Positions 60,295 to 64,000 of a DNA stretch of 64,000 bases are shown piece by piece. Source of the stretch: an uncultured Streptococcus sp. (GTDB lineage Bacteria > Bacillota > Bacilli > Lactobacillales > Streptococcaceae); the NCBI GenBank assembly GCA_963533485.1, contig CAUSPE010000005.1, forward strand, positions 2,509 to 66,508, written 5' to 3'. The notes beneath the pieces were generated by a model. It was not told where the DNA came from. It saw only the letters and a program-made list of their open reading frames with translations, and ran no database searches. How positions within the stretch are numbered: position 1 is the stretch's first letter; each line of letters begins with the position of its first letter. The position numbers and the translations under genes were made by a program.

Positions 60295-61987
60295 GGAACT
60301 TCACCCCCAACATCTCATGATTGCTCTTACCAGCTGGTACCATCGGTAAGACCTGTTCCTTACGAGAAATATCCACCTCGATAAACATGGGCACATCCTC
60401 CAGAATGACTTCTAGATCCTTCTCTATCGTCTCTGGATTATCAAATTTATAGTTTTTGATGCCATAAGCCTGTGCCATCAACTGGAAGTCAGGAAGGGTA
60501 TCAAAGACTGACTCGGAAGTTCTACCCTCATAGAAGGATTCCTGCCACTGACGAACCATTCCTAGTGAGTGGTTATTCAACATGACAACCTTAATCGGCA
60601 CCTTGTAGATGTTTAGGATTGCTAGCTCTTGGTTGGTCATTTGGAAACCACCATCACCGACAAAAAGGATGACCTCTTTTTCTGGATTGGCAATCTTGGC
60701 TCCAATAGCTGCAGGAACTCCGAAGCCCATGGTACCCAAACCACCTGAAGTGACTAACTGACGCTCATTTTGGTAAGGATAATACTGAGCTGTCCACATT
60801 TGGTGTTGCCCTACGTCTGTGACAACAATGGCATCTCCATTCGTCAACTCACCGATGCGTTCAATAACGGCCTGAGGTTGAACCACACGTTCTTTCTTAT
60901 CATAAGAACGAACTCGATTCTTGTCCTTGGTGACTTTTTCAATCCACTTTTCAGTATTGTTATGAACAGTTGGTTCTGCCAGTAGCATCTGCAAGGCTTT
61001 CTTAGCATCCCCCACTACAGGAATATCTGCACTGATAATCTTACCAATCTCAGCTGGGTCAATGTCGATATGGGCAACCTTAGCATTCTTCGCGAAGGTC
61101 TTAGGGTTCCCAGTCAAGCGGTCATCGAAACGGCAACCAATACTAATCATAAAGTCCGCTTCCGTCATTGCAATGTTGGCTGCGAAAGAACCGTGCATGC
61201 CTCCCATCCCTAGGAAGAGCGGATGACTCGTTGCAATGGTTCCTTGCCCCAAAAGACTAGTGACTACTGGAATTTGGTAACGTTCAGCAAATTCATTGAG
61301 CTCCTTAGAAGCTTCTGCATAGCTGATACCGCCCCCTGCTAACAAAACAGGTTTCTTGGCTTTTGACAATTGCTTCAAGATTTTCTTGATTTGCATGTCA
61401 TTTGGATCAAGTGTCGGTTGGTAACTTGGTAAATTCACCTCCGGCGAATAGATGAAATCTGTCTCTAGGGCTGATACATCCTTGGGCAAGTCAATCACAA
61501 CTGGACCTGGACGACCTGTCGTTGCGATATGGACAGCTTCCGTAATGATACGAGGAATATCTGCTGTCTCACGAACTTGGTAATTGTACTTGGTAATGGG
61601 CATGGTAATACCTACGATATCCGCCTCCTGAAAGGCATCCTTCCCAATCCCAGCTCGCGCAACCTGACCTGTAAAGACCAAAAGGGGAACGCTATCGCTC
61701 ATGGCATCCGCAATCCCTGTAATGGCATTTGTTGCTCCTGGTCCGCTAGTGACGACGGCAACACCCAACTTTCCAGTTGATTTGGCATATCCTTCAGCTT
61801 CATGCAAACAACCTTGCTCATGGCGTCCTAGAATGTGGCGAATGCCTTTAAAATTGTATATCGCATCATAAAAAGGCAAGACTGCACCACCAGGATAACC
61901 AAAGATGGTATCAATTCCTAAATCCCGAAGTGTTTCCAAAACTAGGTCCGACCCCGTCTTAGGAGATTCTAAACTGATTTTCTCCAT
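60287..61987 (-). CDS. ilvB: Acetolactate synthase large subunit
   Basis: Start moved to MEKISLESPK (AAAGGGG RBS). FGYPGGA, RHEQG, GDGGFQM...NN ThDP motif. Confidence 0.96.
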   Translation of the reverse strand: MEKISLESPKTGSDLVLETLRDLGIDTIFGYPGGAVLPFYDAIYNFKGIRHILGRHEQGCLHEAEGYAKSTGKLGVAVVTSGPGATNAITGIADAMSDSVPLLVFTGQVARAGIGKDAFQEADIVGITMPITKYNYQVRETADIPRIITEAVHIATTGRPGPVVIDLPKDVSALETDFIYSPEVNLPSYQPTLDPNDMQIKKILKQLSKAKKPVLLAGGGISYAEASKELNEFAERYQIPVVTSLLGQGTIATSHPLFLGMGGMHGSFAANIAMTEADFMISIGCRFDDRLTGNPKTFAKNAKVAHIDIDPAEIGKIISADIPVVGDAKKALQMLLAEPTVHNNTEKWIEKVTKDKNRVRSYDKKERVVQPQAVIERIGELTNGDAIVVTDVGQHQMWTAQYYPYQNERQLVTSGGLGTMGFGVPAAIGAKIANPEKEVILFVGDGGFQMTNQELAILNIYKVPIKVVMLNNHSLGMVRQWQESFYEGRTSESVFDTLPDFQLMAQAYGIKNYKFDNPETIEKDLEVILEDVPMFIEVDISRKEQVLPMVPAGKSNHEMLGVKFHA

Positions 61988-62067
61988 TGTTCCCCTTTCT
62001 CTTCTCTTAAAAAAATAGCTTGTTACTATCATACCATTTTTTCAAAAATTTTCAAGGCAAAAGAGTC

Positions 62068-62082
62068 AATTTTCTGAATTTT
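62068..62082. promoter_or_regulatory. CodY box upstream of the ilv operon
   Basis: AATTTTCTGAATTTT, 2 mismatches to consensus, upstream of an extended -10 (TGGTATGAT on the minus strand). Confidence 0.75.
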
Positions 62083-62264
62083 CTATCTAAAAGTGTATTT
62101 ATGAATCATTTCCTTATTTTTATTAAGTTATCTACGGAATTAGGAACCTTTATTTATTTTAATTTATCAAATTAGAATATTTTCTTTCTTGGTAGAATTA
62201 GTATTTTTCTCACTTAGCGACCAAATTTGTATACTATATTCAGCAAAAATGAATAGTTAAAGAC

Positions 62265-62293
62265 AAAAAAGGAAGCCACTAAGTGACTTCCTT
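62265..62293 (-). terminator. Terminator of fusA
   Basis: AAGGAAGTCAC-loop-GTGGCTTCCTTTTTT on the minus strand. Confidence 0.8.
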
Positions 62294-62309
62294 CTAGAGT
62301 GAGGACTGA

Positions 62310-64000
62310 TTAGTCTTCACCTTTGTTTTTCTTAATGATTTCTTCTTGTACTGACTTAGGTACATCTTCGTAGTGGTCAAATACCATCATGAAGGTACCA
62401 CGTCCTTGAGATGCAGAACGAAGAACTGTTGCGTAACCGAACATTTCAGCAAGTGGAACGTAAGCACGAACGATTTGGCTGTTACCGTGTGCTTCCATAC
62501 CATCTACACGTCCACGACGAGCAGTTACGTGACCCATAACATCACCAAGGTTTTCTTCTGGAACAGTGATTGTTACAAGCATCATTGGCTCAAGGATAGC
62601 TGGTTGTGCAGTCTTAGCAGCTTCTTTAAGGGCAAGTGAAGCCGCGATCTTGAAGGCAGTTTCAGATGAGTCGACATCGTGGTATGAACCATCGTAAAGC
62701 TTAGCTTTAACGTCAACCATTGGGTAACCTGCAAGAACACCGTTAGCCATAGATTCTACCAAACCTTTTTCAACCGCTGGGATAAATTCACGAGGAACCA
62801 CACCACCGACGATTGCGTTTTCGAATTCGAATCCTTTACCTTCTTCGTTTGGAGTAAATTCAATCCATACATCACCGAATTGACCTTTACCACCAGACTG
62901 ACGTTTGAAGAATCCACGTGCTTGAGTAGAAGCGCGGAATGTTTCACGGTAAGATACTTGAGGAGCACCTACGTTCGCTTCAACCTTGAACTCACGACGC
63001 ATACGGTCAACAAGGACATCCAAGTGAAGCTCACCCATACCAGAGATAACTGTTTCACCAGTTTCAACGTTTGTTTCAACGCGGAATGTTGGATCTTCTT
63101 CAGCCAATTTTTGAAGGGCAATACCCATCTTGTCTTGGTCAGCTTTAGATTTTGGCTCAACCATCAATTGGATAACTGGTTCTGGAACGTTGATTGACTC
63201 AAGGATGATTTTAGCTTTTTCATCTGTCAATGAGTCACCAGTAGTAGTATCTTTCAAACCAACGGCAGCAGCGATATCACCTGAGTAAACAGTGTCGATT
63301 TCTTGACGGCTGTTAGCGTGCATTTGAAGGATACGTCCGATACGTTCACGTTTACCTTTAGAAGTGTTCAATACGTAAGAACCTGATTGAAGAACACCTG
63401 AGTATACACGGAAGAATGTCAAACGACCTACGAATGGGTCAGTCATGATCTTGAAGGCAAGAGCTGCGAATGGCTCTTCGTCAGATGCTGGACGAGTTTC
63501 TTCTTCGTCTGTATCTGGGTTGATACCTTTGATTGCTGGGATATCAAGTGGGCTTGGAAGGTAGTCGATAACCGCATCAAGCATCAATTGAACACCCTTG
63601 TTCTTGAAGGCAGAACCACACAATACTGGGAAGAATTCAACGTTGATAGTTGCTTTACGGATAGCAGCTTTCAATTCTTCGTTAGTGATTTCTTCACCTT
63701 CAAGGTATTTCATCATCAAGTCTTCATCAGTTTCAGCGACTGCTTCAACCAATTTTTCACGGTATTCTTGAGCTTGGTCAAGGTATTCAGCTGGAATATC
63801 TTCTTCAAGGATATCTGTACCAAGGTCGTTAGTATAGATTTCAGCTTTCATCTTGATCAAGTCGATGATACCGCGGAAGTCATCTTCAGCACCGATTGGC
63901 AATTGGATTGGGTGTGCGTTTGCTTGAAGACGGTCGTGAAGTGTGCTTACTGAGTAAAGGAAGTCAGCACCGATTTTGTCCATTTTGTTGGCAAATACGA
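62310..64000 (-). CDS. fusA: Elongation factor G, 5' part outside the window
   Basis: Frame continues upstream as VFANKMD (G4 motif); GMGELHL, YHDVDSS, AEMFGY. Confidence 0.98.
   Translation of the reverse strand, partial: VFANKMDKIGADFLYSVSTLHDRLQANAHPIQLPIGAEDDFRGIIDLIKMKAEIYTNDLGTDILEEDIPAEYLDQAQEYREKLVEAVAETDEDLMMKYLEGEEITNEELKAAIRKATINVEFFPVLCGSAFKNKGVQLMLDAVIDYLPSPLDIPAIKGINPDTDEEETRPASDEEPFAALAFKIMTDPFVGRLTFFRVYSGVLQSGSYVLNTSKGKRERIGRILQMHANSRQEIDTVYSGDIAAAVGLKDTTTGDSLTDEKAKIILESINVPEPVIQLMVEPKSKADQDKMGIALQKLAEEDPTFRVETNVETGETVISGMGELHLDVLVDRMRREFKVEANVGAPQVSYRETFRASTQARGFFKRQSGGKGQFGDVWIEFTPNEEGKGFEFENAIVGGVVPREFIPAVEKGLVESMANGVLAGYPMVDVKAKLYDGSYHDVDSSETAFKIAASLALKEAAKTAQPAILEPMMLVTITVPEENLGDVMGHVTARRGRVDGMEAHGNSQIVRAYVPLAEMFGYATVLRSASQGRGTFMMVFDHYEDVPKSVQEEIIKKNKGED

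Noticed and set aside
62080..62120. Tiny ORF MIHKYTFR upstream of ilvB as a possible attenuator peptide
   Set aside because: Lies upstream of the predicted promoter, is not rich in Ile/Leu/Val and has no terminator/antiterminator; the CodY box explains regulation.

Overview
Chromosomal window from a mitis-group Streptococcus. The gene content and order (inverted rmlD, aliC/aliD upstream of wzg, wef-type genes) point to S. oralis or a close relative; this is an inference. Most genes are on the minus strand. From the left: a 3'-truncated YSIRK-type GH101 endo-alpha-N-acetylgalactosaminidase that the ORF track missed; aliA; an intact dexB-aliA surface polysaccharide locus ordered like a coaggregation receptor polysaccharide (RPS) locus; dexB; a DUF1846 gene; an accessory ABC transporter plus two-component cassette; luxS; clpL; a 1262-aa LPXTG adhesin with tandem pilin-like domains; pfl; dinB; a small membrane protein/TetR pair; uppP; a DUF2207 gene; an amino-acid ABC transporter; a small HTH-like protein; an SPFH protein; ilvBHC-ilvA; and the 3' part of fusA. 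I saw no IS, prophage, CRISPR, tRNA or rRNA. The main finding is that the GH101 O-glycanase carries an in-frame V8/Spl-like chymotrypsin-fold serine protease domain with a complete His-Asp-Ser triad, making it a candidate single-chain mucin protease plus O-glycanase. Other leads are an unannotated 29-aa ORF between CtsR boxes upstream of clpL, a probable leaderless response-regulator mRNA, and palindromic candidate operators at the RPS, TetR-module and small-HTH promoters.
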